Shown here: positions 8,605 to 16,852 of the stretch, in pieces
How the letters are laid out: every line of letters begins with the position of its first letter
How positions within the stretch are numbered: position 1 is the stretch's first letter
Assembly (NCBI GenBank): GCA_037381085.1
Contig: JARRRD010000027.1
Coordinates: 23,047 to 47,046 of the forward strand
Length of the DNA: 24,000 bases
Source: Candidatus Sulfobium sp.
GTDB taxonomy: Bacteria; Nitrospirota; Thermodesulfovibrionia; Thermodesulfovibrionales; UBA6898
Reading direction: 5' to 3'
The notes under the pieces: model-generated
Seen by the model: the letters and a program-made list of their open reading frames with translations, nothing else
What the model was told of the DNA's origin: nothing
Databases searched by the model: none
Position numbers and translations under genes: made by a program

Positions 8605-9504
8605 TCAGTGATGGTGGGTGTCGGCGGGCCGTTCTATGCTGCAATAAAGGGCATTCTCTTCGCATTCCGCGCACTCCATCTGCACCACCGAGTGCTTGAT
8701 TCCGATCTGCGATAATCTGTTCTCGACCTCGTGCCTGATACTGTCCGCCGCGCTGATCTTCTGGTCACGTACCTGCACGTGGCCGGAAAAGGCAGGCAGT
8801 CCGTGCCCTATAGACCATATATGGACATCATGTACGCATATTACGCCGGGTGTTTCCGAAATCAGGCGGGAGACCTCCTCAGCGTGAAACTCTGCGGGGC
8901 TCAATTCAAGGAAGACCCAGAGCGCTTCCTTGATGACCCGGCTTCCACCCCATATTATCACGATCCCCACAAATGCGCCGGCCACCGGATCGGCCAGAGT
9001 CCAGCCGGTCAGTTTGATCGTTACGGCTGCCACTATTACTCCCGCGGAGGAAACCGTGTCACCGAGAACATGCAGCCATGCGCTTTTCAGATTCAGGTCC
9101 TTGTGCCCCCTGCCGAGTATCCACGCCATGAGAAGGTTACCCGCCAGGCCGCCCGTGGCGACGATAAGCATGAGTGAAGAATTCACCTCCGGAGGCGACA
9201 GAAAGCGTCTGTATGTTTCGACGAAGATGAAGACTGCTATGACTATCAGGGTGGCCCCGTTGATGAGGGCAGCCAGCAGGCCGATCCTCTGGTACCCATA
9301 CGTTGCCCTGAAATCGGACGGCTTCTTCATGATCATGGCGGCGACAAGACTCAGAACAAGGGCGAAAACGTCGGTAAACATGTGCCCAGCGTCGCTCAGG
9401 AGGGAAAGGCTGTTGCTGAGTATCCCCCCTACCACCTCCGCGATGAGAATAACCAGAGTTACGGCCAGACTCCAGACCAGCCTTTTTTCGGCGCTGTGGT
9501 TCAT
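8605..9504 (-). CDS. Cation diffusion facilitator (CDF) divalent-metal efflux transporter, CzcD/ZitB-like (299 aa)
   Basis: SLLSDAGHMFTD (TM2 HxxxD site), HVLGD (TM5), six TM helices, a cytoplasmic C-terminal domain and a His-rich end (DTHHH). Confidence 0.9.
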   Translation of the reverse strand: MNHSAEKRLVWSLAVTLVILIAEVVGGILSNSLSLLSDAGHMFTDVFALVLSLVAAMIMKKPSDFRATYGYQRIGLLAALINGATLIVIAVFIFVETYRRFLSPPEVNSSLMLIVATGGLAGNLLMAWILGRGHKDLNLKSAWLHVLGDTVSSAGVIVAAVTIKLTGWTLADPVAGAFVGIVIIWGGSRVIKEALWVFLELSPAEFHAEEVSRLISETPGVICVHDVHIWSIGHGLPAFSGHVQVRDQKISAADSIRHEVENRLSQIGIKHSVVQMECAECEENALYCSIERPADTHHH

Positions 9505-9562
9505 TAAGCCTCCCCTGTCAGCCTGTCCGTCCGTTCCCGCGCCATTGTCCTCATCCTCCGTC

Positions 9563-11140
9563 TCATGCCTCTTTCTTCGTCACCTTCTGATAAAATTCGC
9601 ACTTCCTGCAGTCTTCATATTTTTCAGCAAACGTGCCCTGGGCCTTCCCGTCGCAGAACGTTCCAGCTACAGCCCAGCAGGTACGGCCGAAATTTGGATA
9701 GGCCGGACATTTGAGGGCCGAGTCCTTGTCTCTTCCGCATTTCATATACTCCCAGCATCTTGCCTGCAAAGAATCTTCTTCCTCCTGGAAAGGGAAATAG
9801 AGTCCGATTGTCGCCCCCTTGCCCTCCACGCTTTCAGCCTTGATAAAGCCGCCGTGCTCTTCGATTATCTTCCTCGTTATAGAAAGTCCGAGGCCCGTCC
9901 CGTGGATCTCCTTTGTGGAAAAGAAGGGCTCGAAGATAAGAGGCAGTTTCTCTTCGGGTATCCCCGGCCCCGTATCCGACACCGTCAGGAAGACGTACGT
10001 CACATCGTTGATTTTCTCCCGGCCCACAGAGATCGTCAGCGTGCCGCCCTTCTGCATGACATCCATCGCGTTGGCAACAAGATTGGTGAGCGCCTGCTTC
10101 ACCTGGTCCTTGTCGATCAGCACCGGGGGGAGATTTTCCGCTATCCTGACATCTACTTCTATCGACTGCTCTCTGCACAGGCCTTCGTATACCTTGACGA
10201 CCTCGTGGACGGCCTCCTCCAGCGGTCTTCTCTCAAGGTGAAACCTCGCATCCCGCGAAAAAGTCAGGACATCCTTCAATATTCTTTCCAGCCTGTCAAC
10301 TTCCGTAATGATGACGTCCGCATATTCTTTCTGCTTTTCTCCCTCGACGATCTTGTGCAGCCTGTGTGCAAAACCTCCCACCGCGGTCAGGGGATTTCTT
10401 ATCTCGTGAGCCACATCCGCCGTGAGCCGGCCCAGGGAGGCGAGCTTTTCCGCCTGAAACAATTTATCCTGAGACTTCTTCAGTTCTGCAACCTTCTTCG
10501 TCACCTCGGTTTCCAGTGTCCGCGTCCAGTTATCAGCCGTTTCCCTGGCAACTTCGAGATCCTTCGTCATCAGATTGAAGGTGTCTGCAAGCACACCCAT
10601 CTCGTCCACCGATTTCAGTGCGACCTTCTGTTCCAGGTCGCCCGTGGCAACTTTCTTCATGCCATCGGACAAAGTAGAGACAGGTTTCAGCACAAACTTT
10701 CTGAGAACAAGATAGATGATTAGCGAACTGAACAACATCAGTGAAACCGCATAGGCGCTCATCGCCATGCTTTGTTTCCTTATTCTTTTATCCAGCAGGG
10801 AAAGCGAGAAGTCCGTCTCCAGAATGCCGAGGACTTTCTGTCCGCGCGGATGGACATGACAGGCTGCCGTATAACAGGACGGTTCGTTGTATATGGGGTC
10901 CACGTAAGTAAGGAGACTCTGCCCTTCCTTCCCGGTGTATGTTACCCACTGTCTGTTGTTCATCAGGGTCGCAGAAGGTCGTTCAGGGTTGCTGTGGCAG
11001 CCCGCACAGGCAAATGACGTCCTGTCAACAAGGGTCCCTATCTCCGCCCGCCGCGATGCCCCGACAAATACGACAAGCCCCATGGCAACAATGAGCTTGC
11101 CGGCAAGGGATTTTCTTATGCCGTCCCGAAAGTTGATCAT
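9563..11140 (-). CDS. Sensor histidine kinase: periplasmic domain with CxxCH and Cx4CH motifs, then HAMP, HisKA, HATPase, and a C-terminal Cys-rich two-CW domain (525 aa)
   Basis: TM1 is at residues ~15-27. CAGCH is encoded at nt 10994-11008 and CYTAACH at nt 10856-10876. TM2 follows, then HAMP (VATGDLEQKV...MGVLADTFNLM) and the H-box ADVAHEIRNPLT. N/G boxes are NLVANAMDV, SDTGPGI and GTGLGLSI. The tail is CWEYMKCG...CPAYP...CWAVAGTFC...C..CEFY (nt 9566-9757). Confidence 0.9.
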   Translation of the reverse strand: MINFRDGIRKSLAGKLIVAMGLVVFVGASRRAEIGTLVDRTSFACAGCHSNPERPSATLMNNRQWVTYTGKEGQSLLTYVDPIYNEPSCYTAACHVHPRGQKVLGILETDFSLSLLDKRIRKQSMAMSAYAVSLMLFSSLIIYLVLRKFVLKPVSTLSDGMKKVATGDLEQKVALKSVDEMGVLADTFNLMTKDLEVARETADNWTRTLETEVTKKVAELKKSQDKLFQAEKLASLGRLTADVAHEIRNPLTAVGGFAHRLHKIVEGEKQKEYADVIITEVDRLERILKDVLTFSRDARFHLERRPLEEAVHEVVKVYEGLCREQSIEVDVRIAENLPPVLIDKDQVKQALTNLVANAMDVMQKGGTLTISVGREKINDVTYVFLTVSDTGPGIPEEKLPLIFEPFFSTKEIHGTGLGLSITRKIIEEHGGFIKAESVEGKGATIGLYFPFQEEEDSLQARCWEYMKCGRDKDSALKCPAYPNFGRTCWAVAGTFCDGKAQGTFAEKYEDCRKCEFYQKVTKKEA

Positions 11141-11512
11141 TACATCAAGCCCGATATCCGCTCAACAACTACCTATACCCTATATTAACCGAATTTTCCT
11201 CCCAAGGTAATCGCCCCGCCTTCAGCTTGATAGCGAAACGGGAAAGTCCGCCCCTTCCCGCCCAGGTCGGCCTCAAGTTCCGAAAGTGGCCGGAATACAG
11301 GCAGGAAGGGGACGGGAAGAAGAATAAACCTCCGGGACAGAAAATGAAATGCCAGCGTCAATCTGAAGCATACTTGTTGACGAAGCACTGAGGTGGCAAA
11401 AGCCTCGGAGATCATAACGAGTGAGAATAAGGGATGGGCCTTTGTACCGCTGTCAATTCATGAATAATCGGGTTGGCGGTCCTGGTCCCTCGCCGGCTTG
11501 CCGTTCCGTATC

Positions 11513-11872
11513 TCACTGGGTATCTTCGTAATAGCTCAGAATTCTCTGAAGGCGCTGATGCAGGGAGGGTTGCCGGCCTGAAGCTATCTCCTGACGGAAC
11601 TCAATCCCGACGAAATAGAATTCTCCTATTCCATTGACATATATAACCCGGCCCTCGACGTGTTCGGTCATCAGGCTTCCGTTACTGATAAAATTAACGG
11701 CGATAGACACATCGTGGTCGAGTTCCAAAGGTGCTCTTGAATACAGGCCGATACCCGACATGGATATATCGGCAGTCAAGGTCTTGATCGTCGGCATACC
11801 CTCGCCGTCCATCACTTTGAGAACAACAAAAGATATCAGCGGCACCCTCTTATGCCTGCGCCGATTAGTCAC
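11513..11872 (-). CDS. PilZ-domain protein (c-di-GMP binding), 119 aa
   Basis: The RRRHKR (RxxxR) motif near the N-terminus and DISMSGIG (D/NxSxxG) are the two PilZ signature motifs. GTG start at 11872 with GGAGG about 11 nt upstream. Confidence 0.8.
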   Translation of the reverse strand: MTNRRRHKRVPLISFVVLKVMDGEGMPTIKTLTADISMSGIGLYSRAPLELDHDVSIAVNFISNGSLMTEHVEGRVIYVNGIGEFYFVGIEFRQEIASGRQPSLHQRLQRILSYYEDTQ

Positions 11873-12158
11873 AGGTTTCGCTGCCTCCGCTCATCCGGGG
11901 GAGATTCCCGACCAAAACGGGATTCATGCATAACCGGTGGTCCGTAATCAAAAGGAATCCCGATTCCACGGAACAGGCGCCCCGCAGGTCCACGAGTCCG
12001 GGATAAAGCTGGCACATCCTCCGAATTCCCTCGCTTTCCGTCTCTTCATCCATGAGTTGCAATATAGCGCTGACAGTCCCGGTTGTCAACATACCGGTGT
12101 TTCGGGTCCGTTCTTTTTTGATCTCATACCGGAATTGCGTTCCCATTATGATAAACAA
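11865..12158 (-). CDS. Hypothetical small protein (93-97 aa), possibly translationally coupled to the PilZ gene
   Basis: The ORF overlaps the PilZ start by 8 nt, and the PilZ Shine-Dalgarno lies inside its 3' end. TTG (12158) or ATG (12146) start without a clear Shine-Dalgarno. No recognisable motifs. Confidence 0.35.
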   Translation of the reverse strand: MFIIMGTQFRYEIKKERTRNTGMLTTGTVSAILQLMDEETESEGIRRMCQLYPGLVDLRGACSVESGFLLITDHRLCMNPVLVGNLPRMSGGSETCD

Positions 12159-12352
12159 GGATGACCGTCAGGCACATGACCCATGCTGAAATGCAGGCGG
12201 GAACGGGTAAGCCCGGGGAATGCGCCCTGCTTTTCTGCTCAAAGTACGATCTGTTATTCAGTTCAATACAGGACCCGGCTTTCGCGAGAGCAGGACGTTC
12301 CCGTGGGGGCGTGTCATGGCCATTCGGGGCCGATTAGTTATAAAATAAAACA

Positions 12353-13126
12353 ATGCGGAAATCGGTTTGCTTCCTTGCAGTGTTGATTGCCCTGTCCTGG
12401 ACCGCATCGGCGGCCCTTGCCTCGCGTGGAGCAGTTGTTCGGGAGAATTTTGCGAATCTGGGTGATTGGAAGCCCCTCCGCTTCGATAATACCAAGAAGA
12501 ATACTTCTTATTCAGAAGCGGACGAAGACGGCATCGCTTGTCTGAAGGCCAGGAGCGTCGGTTCCTCCTCTGCCATCGTCTGTAATACTGAATTCAATGT
12601 TTATCGATACCCTCTGGTACGCTGGAAGTGGAAGGTCAGCAATATCTACGCGAAGGGAGACATAGGCAACAGGAAAGAAAACGATTCTCCGGCCCGCCTG
12701 TATGTCATGTTTAAGTATAATCCTGAAAGGGCAGGCTTTTTCACAAAGTTGAAATATTCGATTGCGAAAAAGATATACGGTCGGTATCCGCCCCGCTACG
12801 CCCTCTGCTACGTCTGGGCAAACAGGCGGCACAGGGAGAGAATCATCACAAGTCCCGGCTTTGGAGACATAAAATACGTCGTTCTTGAAGCGGGAAACGG
12901 AGAGGTCGGAAGGTGGAGGGAAGAAGAGGTGAATGTTCTGCAGGATTTCAAAGAGGCCTTCGGCAAGATGCCGCCTGCAATCGCCGACATCAGCTTCATG
13001 GACGATTCCGACGATACGGGCGGACGCTCGACTGCGTGGCTTGCCTCGCTGAAAGTGATGAGGCAGGTCCCGTCCTTCAGAAAAGGTATCGCCGCCAGCC
13101 TGAAGGACAAGGCCGTCGGCCCCTGA
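12353..13126 (+). CDS. DUF3047-family secreted protein (257 aa)
   Basis: Signal peptide MRKSVCFLAVLIALSWTASAALA. W.PL.F....T.Y, L.A.S.GS.SA, LRWKWKV and D.PARLYV match my recollection of the DUF3047 pattern. Confidence 0.7.
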   Translation: MRKSVCFLAVLIALSWTASAALASRGAVVRENFANLGDWKPLRFDNTKKNTSYSEADEDGIACLKARSVGSSSAIVCNTEFNVYRYPLVRWKWKVSNIYAKGDIGNRKENDSPARLYVMFKYNPERAGFFTKLKYSIAKKIYGRYPPRYALCYVWANRRHRERIITSPGFGDIKYVVLEAGNGEVGRWREEEVNVLQDFKEAFGKMPPAIADISFMDDSDDTGGRSTAWLASLKVMRQVPSFRKGIAASLKDKAVGP

Positions 13127-13614
13127 GTTCGCCAGACAGCGGATCCAAGGGATCGCATGAAGCCAGAAAGTTCAACTTTTGGCCGAACCAGTTTTCGGGT
13201 GGGAGCAGCTCCAAGGCGCATCTTACAAAAAATGAAATCCAAAGGACGGCGGCGCGAATTTCCAATCGCCAGACTGACTTCAAGAAAGACCGATGGGGTT
13301 GTGTAAAGAATCCCGACAACTTCGAGCACGGATATACCTATAGTGTTCGGCCGGACCGGGGAACATATACTGAAGACCCCCATCGGCTTGTTGCGATGAG
13401 GCGGCGTCTGGATGAGGTAGTCCGGCGTAAATGGCGGGCTTCTGTGGAAATAAAATATCACCACTATTCTTTGACCCGATCGAATGTCCTTAAGTCCGGT
13501 CACAAACTTATCGTCGATGACTATCTCGCCTTCCACGTCGGAAACGGTCCAGTGCCTCGGCACCTTTTCGGTGTCCGTTCTGACAAACCCTATGGACTCA
13601 AACTCGATCTTCAT
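12808..13614 (-). CDS. TsaA/TrmO-like (UPF0066) methyltransferase domain with an aberrant 3' part; possibly frameshifted or pseudogenised
   Basis: Strong Shine-Dalgarno (GGAGGGAGG) before ATG 13614. The first ~103 aa (IGFVRT...VPRH..., GLKDI..GQRIVVIFYFH, GVFSICSPVRPNTIGISVLEVVGI) match TsaA. The expected C-terminal ..GLD..DGTP.LDIKPY is absent. The frame instead runs on with no stop for 165 more codons, about 320 nt of it antisense to the DUF3047 gene. Confidence 0.55.
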   Translation of the reverse strand: MKIEFESIGFVRTDTEKVPRHWTVSDVEGEIVIDDKFVTGLKDIRSGQRIVVIFYFHRSPPFTPDYLIQTPPHRNKPMGVFSICSPVRPNTIGISVLEVVGILYTTPSVFLEVSLAIGNSRRRPLDFIFCKMRLGAAPTRKLVRPKVELSGFMRSLGSAVWRTQGPTALSFRLAAIPFLKDGTCLITFSEASHAVERPPVSSESSMKLMSAIAGGILPKASLKSCRTFTSSSLHLPTSPFPASRTTYFMSPKPGLVMILSLCRLFAQT

Positions 13615-13670
13615 CTGTTCCTCCCTCCTGACAAGAATCTGTATATAAGTCGCTATTTATTCCGTTATCG

Positions 13671-13725
13671 TGTCATTCCGGTTCGCCTGCCTGCCGGCAG
13701 GCAGGCGCTTCACTTGCGGGAATGA
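13671..13725. repeat. Compound GC-rich hairpin / palindrome between the tauE-like and tsaA-like genes
   Basis: Inner perfect 24-nt palindrome cgcctgcctgcc|ggcaggcaggcg (13683-13706). It is nested in an outer 8-bp pair, gtcattcc (13671-13678) and ggaatgac (13718-13725). No flanking T-run. Confidence 0.55.
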
Positions 13726-13773
13726 CAGATTCTTACTGAATCAGGAAAATTATACACAGATTCCTGCAACTCA

Positions 13774-14526
13774 TTATACATACAATTTAAGCAGCAGCTT
13801 CACCGCAACTCCCAGCAGGACCACGGCGAAAATCTGCTTTATCCATTTCGCCTTCATCTTCTCTTTCATCACCTGCGCGCCGATCTGGGACCCGATGATC
13901 ACCCCGATTGTCGTGAAGAACATAAGAGCCCAGTTGAAATGTCCTTCTGCCAGATGACCTGCAAAACCGGAAAACGATGAAAAGATCACCACAAAAGAGC
14001 TTGTGGCTGCGGCCCTTTTTGTAGGGTATCCCATGGCCAGCATCATAGGCACGAACAGGAATCCTCCGCCAACTCCCAGAAGACCGGCTATCATTCCGAT
14101 AAAAAAACCGCCCGCTCCCATCAGGAGAAAGCGGGTCCGCGGCTCCATCGTCCCCGTCTTTTCCGGGCGGTTCGCCGTGAGGAGCATTCTGCCCCCGGCA
14201 AAGATCATTGAGACGGCGAAAAGGAGAATCAGCATCCTGGTGGAAACCATCTTTGTGAGATAGGCACCCACAGGGGCGCCAAGGAATGAAGACACAATAA
14301 GCGGAACAGACCCCTTTACATCGACCATCTTCGCCCGGAAGTAGACAATGGCCGCCGACACCGCGGTGATGCCGTTAAGGAGAAGTCCGGTGGGAATTGC
14401 CTCCGTCTTGAAATCGAAGCCGAGCCAGTGAAAAACCGGCACATACAGCATCGCCCCGCCCAGTCCGATCATCGAGAAGATGAAGGCCAGGACGAGAATT
14501 ACACATGAGGTAAAGGCAAGAATCAT
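13774..14526 (-). CDS. TauE/SafE (TSUP, DUF81) family anion transporter/exporter
   Basis: The protein is all-membrane, with two homologous halves. MIGLGGAMLYVP and GLLGVGGGFLFVP are the typical TSUP glycine motifs. I prefer ATG 14526 (GAGGAGG 6 nt upstream) to the track start 14532, which abuts the Shine-Dalgarno. Confidence 0.85.
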   Translation of the reverse strand: MILAFTSCVILVLAFIFSMIGLGGAMLYVPVFHWLGFDFKTEAIPTGLLLNGITAVSAAIVYFRAKMVDVKGSVPLIVSSFLGAPVGAYLTKMVSTRMLILLFAVSMIFAGGRMLLTANRPEKTGTMEPRTRFLLMGAGGFFIGMIAGLLGVGGGFLFVPMMLAMGYPTKRAAATSSFVVIFSSFSGFAGHLAEGHFNWALMFFTTIGVIIGSQIGAQVMKEKMKAKWIKQIFAVVLLGVAVKLLLKLYV

Positions 14527-14543
14527 CGGCATCCTCCTCAGGT

Positions 14544-14578
14544 TTGGTGGACCCGACAGAAGCGGTCGGATCCACCAA
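14544..14578 (-). other. Strong hairpin in the fmdE-like / tauE-like intergenic gap
   Basis: ttggtggacccgac (14544-14557) pairs with gtcggatccaccaa (14565-14578). This is a 14-bp stem with one mismatch and a 7-nt loop. There is no U-tract, so it may be an mRNA-processing or stability element, or a weak terminator. Confidence 0.45.
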
Positions 14579-14604
14579 GATCATGAGATGTCGGCAATTC
14601 CAGG

Positions 14605-15213
14605 CTAATCTCCGTGTCCTGAGCAGGGGATGCAGAGCATCCGTCCGCCGGCAGAGATAGTCAATTTGTCGGCAAATACGGCCTCTCCGCATTTCGCGCA
14701 GCGTTTGACGTCGAATGTGGGCGACCCTTTCTTTATGTCCTTCTGAAAGACATCGCTGATATCCAGGAATTCCGATTCGGGAAGGCCCAGGACCCGCTCA
14801 ACAAGGGGGTCAGTTATCGCAGCGGGTATGTCCTGCGGCGGCACGCCTTTCTTCCTTTCCTGGACAAAGGGAGAGTTAAGGGCCTTCTCGAAGAAATCCG
14901 GCTTGAGCGAAACCCTCACCGATCGTCCCGATTTTGCGTCCGTCAGGGTAAAGGCCATCTTGCTGTAATAGAGCTTCTGGATGTTCGATTTTCCGTAGGT
15001 GCAGCCGGTAGCGGTCATGATCCCATCGAGGAAACACCCCGCTGCATGGCCTTTGCCTGTCTCGGCCTCTACAAAGAGTTCCTTGTCCTCTGACCTCTCA
15101 ACCCCGAGAGTACGCATTGCCGCAAGCCCGGCCCTCAGCCCCATCGGCATCGCGGGACACCTGTGCCCATGGAACGCCAGTGCAACATCAAGATACTCTT
15201 TGAATTCTTTCAT
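14605..15213 (-). CDS. FmdE-family protein with a C-terminal zinc ribbon (202 aa)
   Basis: I prefer ATG 15213, preceded by AAAGGAGGA, over the track start 15324. [12 protein letters not shown] is the FmdE/FwdE GH.CPG motif. The C-terminus has CAKCGE...CIPC (a four-Cys ribbon). Confidence 0.8.
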   Translation of the reverse strand: MKEFKEYLDVALAFHGHRCPAMPMGLRAGLAAMRTLGVERSEDKELFVEAETGKGHAAGCFLDGIMTATGCTYGKSNIQKLYYSKMAFTLTDAKSGRSVRVSLKPDFFEKALNSPFVQERKKGVPPQDIPAAITDPLVERVLGLPESEFLDISDVFQKDIKKGSPTFDVKRCAKCGEAVFADKLTISAGGRMLCIPCSGHGD

Positions 15214-15404
15214 CGCAAGTCCTCCTTTTAGTGTGCTTCGGAGCCGGAAATTCCGGGTATCACCTCGCCGTATTACAGAGATCTTGCGCCTTTTATCCAC
15301 CGTGCCACCGGCATTTGCAGACAACTGAGAATCTTTTCATACACGACGCCTCATAAATTCCGTTATTCCATGGTAAATGCCTGTCACGGCCGGCATAGCT
15401 CAGC

Positions 15405-15701
15405 TCAGCAACAATCGCTTTTCTTGTTCTCGCCGCTGCAGCCGCAGGAAGGCTCGCCGCCGCTTATCATGCCGTTGATGAGGGCGGCGGCACAGCCCAC
15501 GCCCTTGTCCACCTTGAGCGCTCCGAAGGCACAATTGCCGGCGCAGGCCCCGCATTCCATGCACCGGTCCTTGTCAACAATGACCGCCTTCCTGTCTTCC
15601 ATGGTAAAGACTCCGTGCGGACATACCTCGACGCACATTCCACAGCCGACGCACCGGTCGGGAAAAAATTCAAGACTTGCCGTATTCGAGAGATACTTCA
15701 T
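15405..15701 (-). CDS. hgcB: Mercury-methylation ferredoxin HgcB (2x[4Fe-4S], C-terminal Cys pair)
   Basis: Two CxxCxxCxxxC motifs (CVGCGMCVEVC and CMECGACAGNC). It has the HgcB-diagnostic C(M/I)ECGA motif, an internal Cys after the second cluster, and a terminal ...SDCC. ATG 15701 overlaps the hgcA stop (ATGA) and has GGAGG 7 nt upstream. The track start 15713 is an alternative. Confidence 0.87.
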   Translation of the reverse strand: MKYLSNTASLEFFPDRCVGCGMCVEVCPHGVFTMEDRKAVIVDKDRCMECGACAGNCAFGALKVDKGVGCAAALINGMISGGEPSCGCSGENKKSDCC

Positions 15702-16852
15702 ATGAACCTCCATTCACCGAGCTTATAGACAAGCAGGAGAATCAGGGAAACCACCGAACCCGATATATAGAGAGGGATGGTTATCTTCAATTCCTTCCTG
15801 ACACCGGACATCCCGGTAAAGGTGGTCGAACCGGTGAACTGAAGAGCGACATATGAACTCGCCAAAGGGAAAAACAGGTACGTGAAAAAGAGAAGGACCG
15901 AATTAACCCGGCCGGCCATTGGAATAAAGTTCATACAGAGAAAAACGGCAAGCACTCCTGTTATCCACCCCTTGACCGCAAAAGACCTGAAAGGGATAAA
16001 TGGGAGAAGCACCGGCGTGACCAGGGCGCCGGCCAATATCGCTGTCAGACCGAGGAGGAGAAACGGCAGACCCCCGGAAAAGGCATCCCTGAAAAAAATA
16101 CCCGTCGGCTGAAGGCCGAATATGGCCAGCATGATAAGGGCATAAGCCGGATAGTATTTCTTCATTGCAGGGTTGATTTCCATCGGGGTCAGGACAAGGC
16201 GGTCGACAAACGAAAACTTCACCCTTCTCATCTCCAATGTTGCCTCATACCCCGCTGCTATGTAAGCGCCGACATCTTCGGCCCGCACCGGCCCGTAACA
16301 TACTTTGAACCCAGAGACTTTCTTCACCCCGGGTGCGCTGATGCCCGGGGCCCCGAGCTGAGGGACAATGATCTTCCTGTGGTCAACGATCCTGTCCAGT
16401 TTTGCGAAAGAAATACGGCGCACCAGTTCCTCTGTTCCAAACGTGCCTTTACCCGCTGCGCACCACACGTTGATGCCTTTGGTGTCAAGGACGAGGACCC
16501 AGGCGCTTAGCCCCTTCAGTGCCTTCCTGAGGGCGTCGAAACTGAGTTTATAATTGGCGCTCACGAAGACATCAGTATTCCTGTCAGGCGTGCCGACGGC
16601 GTAGAGGCCGGGAGCAACGGAATAGTCGTTTCTGAATGAGCTGGTCCTGCACTTTAGGTGTTCCCAATGATCGGACGCCGTAAGATCGGTGGATATCACG
16701 GGGATAACGCCTGCGTCGGTCATGAGAGTTCCGGTTACCCAGGCCGGCCATTCCTCTTCCCGGGCATGCGACTGCTGCGCACTCTGCACCGGCCCGCAGC
16801 AGGCCGGTTCTCTTTCCTGAGCGCCCACTTTTATAAACTTAAGTTCAGCCAT
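15698..16852 (-). CDS. hgcA: Mercury-methylation corrinoid protein HgcA (corrinoid-binding domain plus C-terminal membrane domain)
   Basis: The diagnostic cap-helix motif GINVWCAAGKGTFGT is present (NVWCAAGK is encoded at 16448-16471). Flanking conserved blocks are PGLYAVG, ANYKLSFDALR and VLDTKG. A multi-helix C-terminal TM domain follows. GGAGGTG Shine-Dalgarno before ATG 16852. Confidence 0.93.
   Translation of the reverse strand: MAELKFIKVGAQEREPACCGPVQSAQQSHAREEEWPAWVTGTLMTDAGVIPVISTDLTASDHWEHLKCRTSSFRNDYSVAPGLYAVGTPDRNTDVFVSANYKLSFDALRKALKGLSAWVLVLDTKGINVWCAAGKGTFGTEELVRRISFAKLDRIVDHRKIIVPQLGAPGISAPGVKKVSGFKVCYGPVRAEDVGAYIAAGYEATLEMRRVKFSFVDRLVLTPMEINPAMKKYYPAYALIMLAIFGLQPTGIFFRDAFSGGLPFLLLGLTAILAGALVTPVLLPFIPFRSFAVKGWITGVLAVFLCMNFIPMAGRVNSVLLFFTYLFFPLASSYVALQFTGSTTFTGMSGVRKELKITIPLYISGSVVSLILLLVYKLGEWRFI

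Noticed and set aside
8930-10723. 597-aa plus-strand ORF, the longest in the track
   Set aside because: It lies entirely antisense to the CDF transporter and the histidine kinase, both of which have unmistakable family motifs. Its translation is Arg/Ser/Pro/Leu-rich with no recognisable domain. This is a typical shadow ORF in GC-rich coding DNA.
12913-13725. 270-aa plus-strand ORF
   Set aside because: It is out of frame with the 3' end of the DUF3047 gene and antisense to the TsaA-like gene. Its composition is Arg-rich and low-complexity.
15214-15324. N-terminal extensions offered by the track for the FmdE-like gene (start 15324), arsR (18994) and the secreted protein (1334)
   Set aside because: In each case an internal ATG has a strong, correctly spaced Shine-Dalgarno and gives a protein starting where the family domain or signal peptide begins. 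The extensions are basic or hydrophobic junk without a Shine-Dalgarno.
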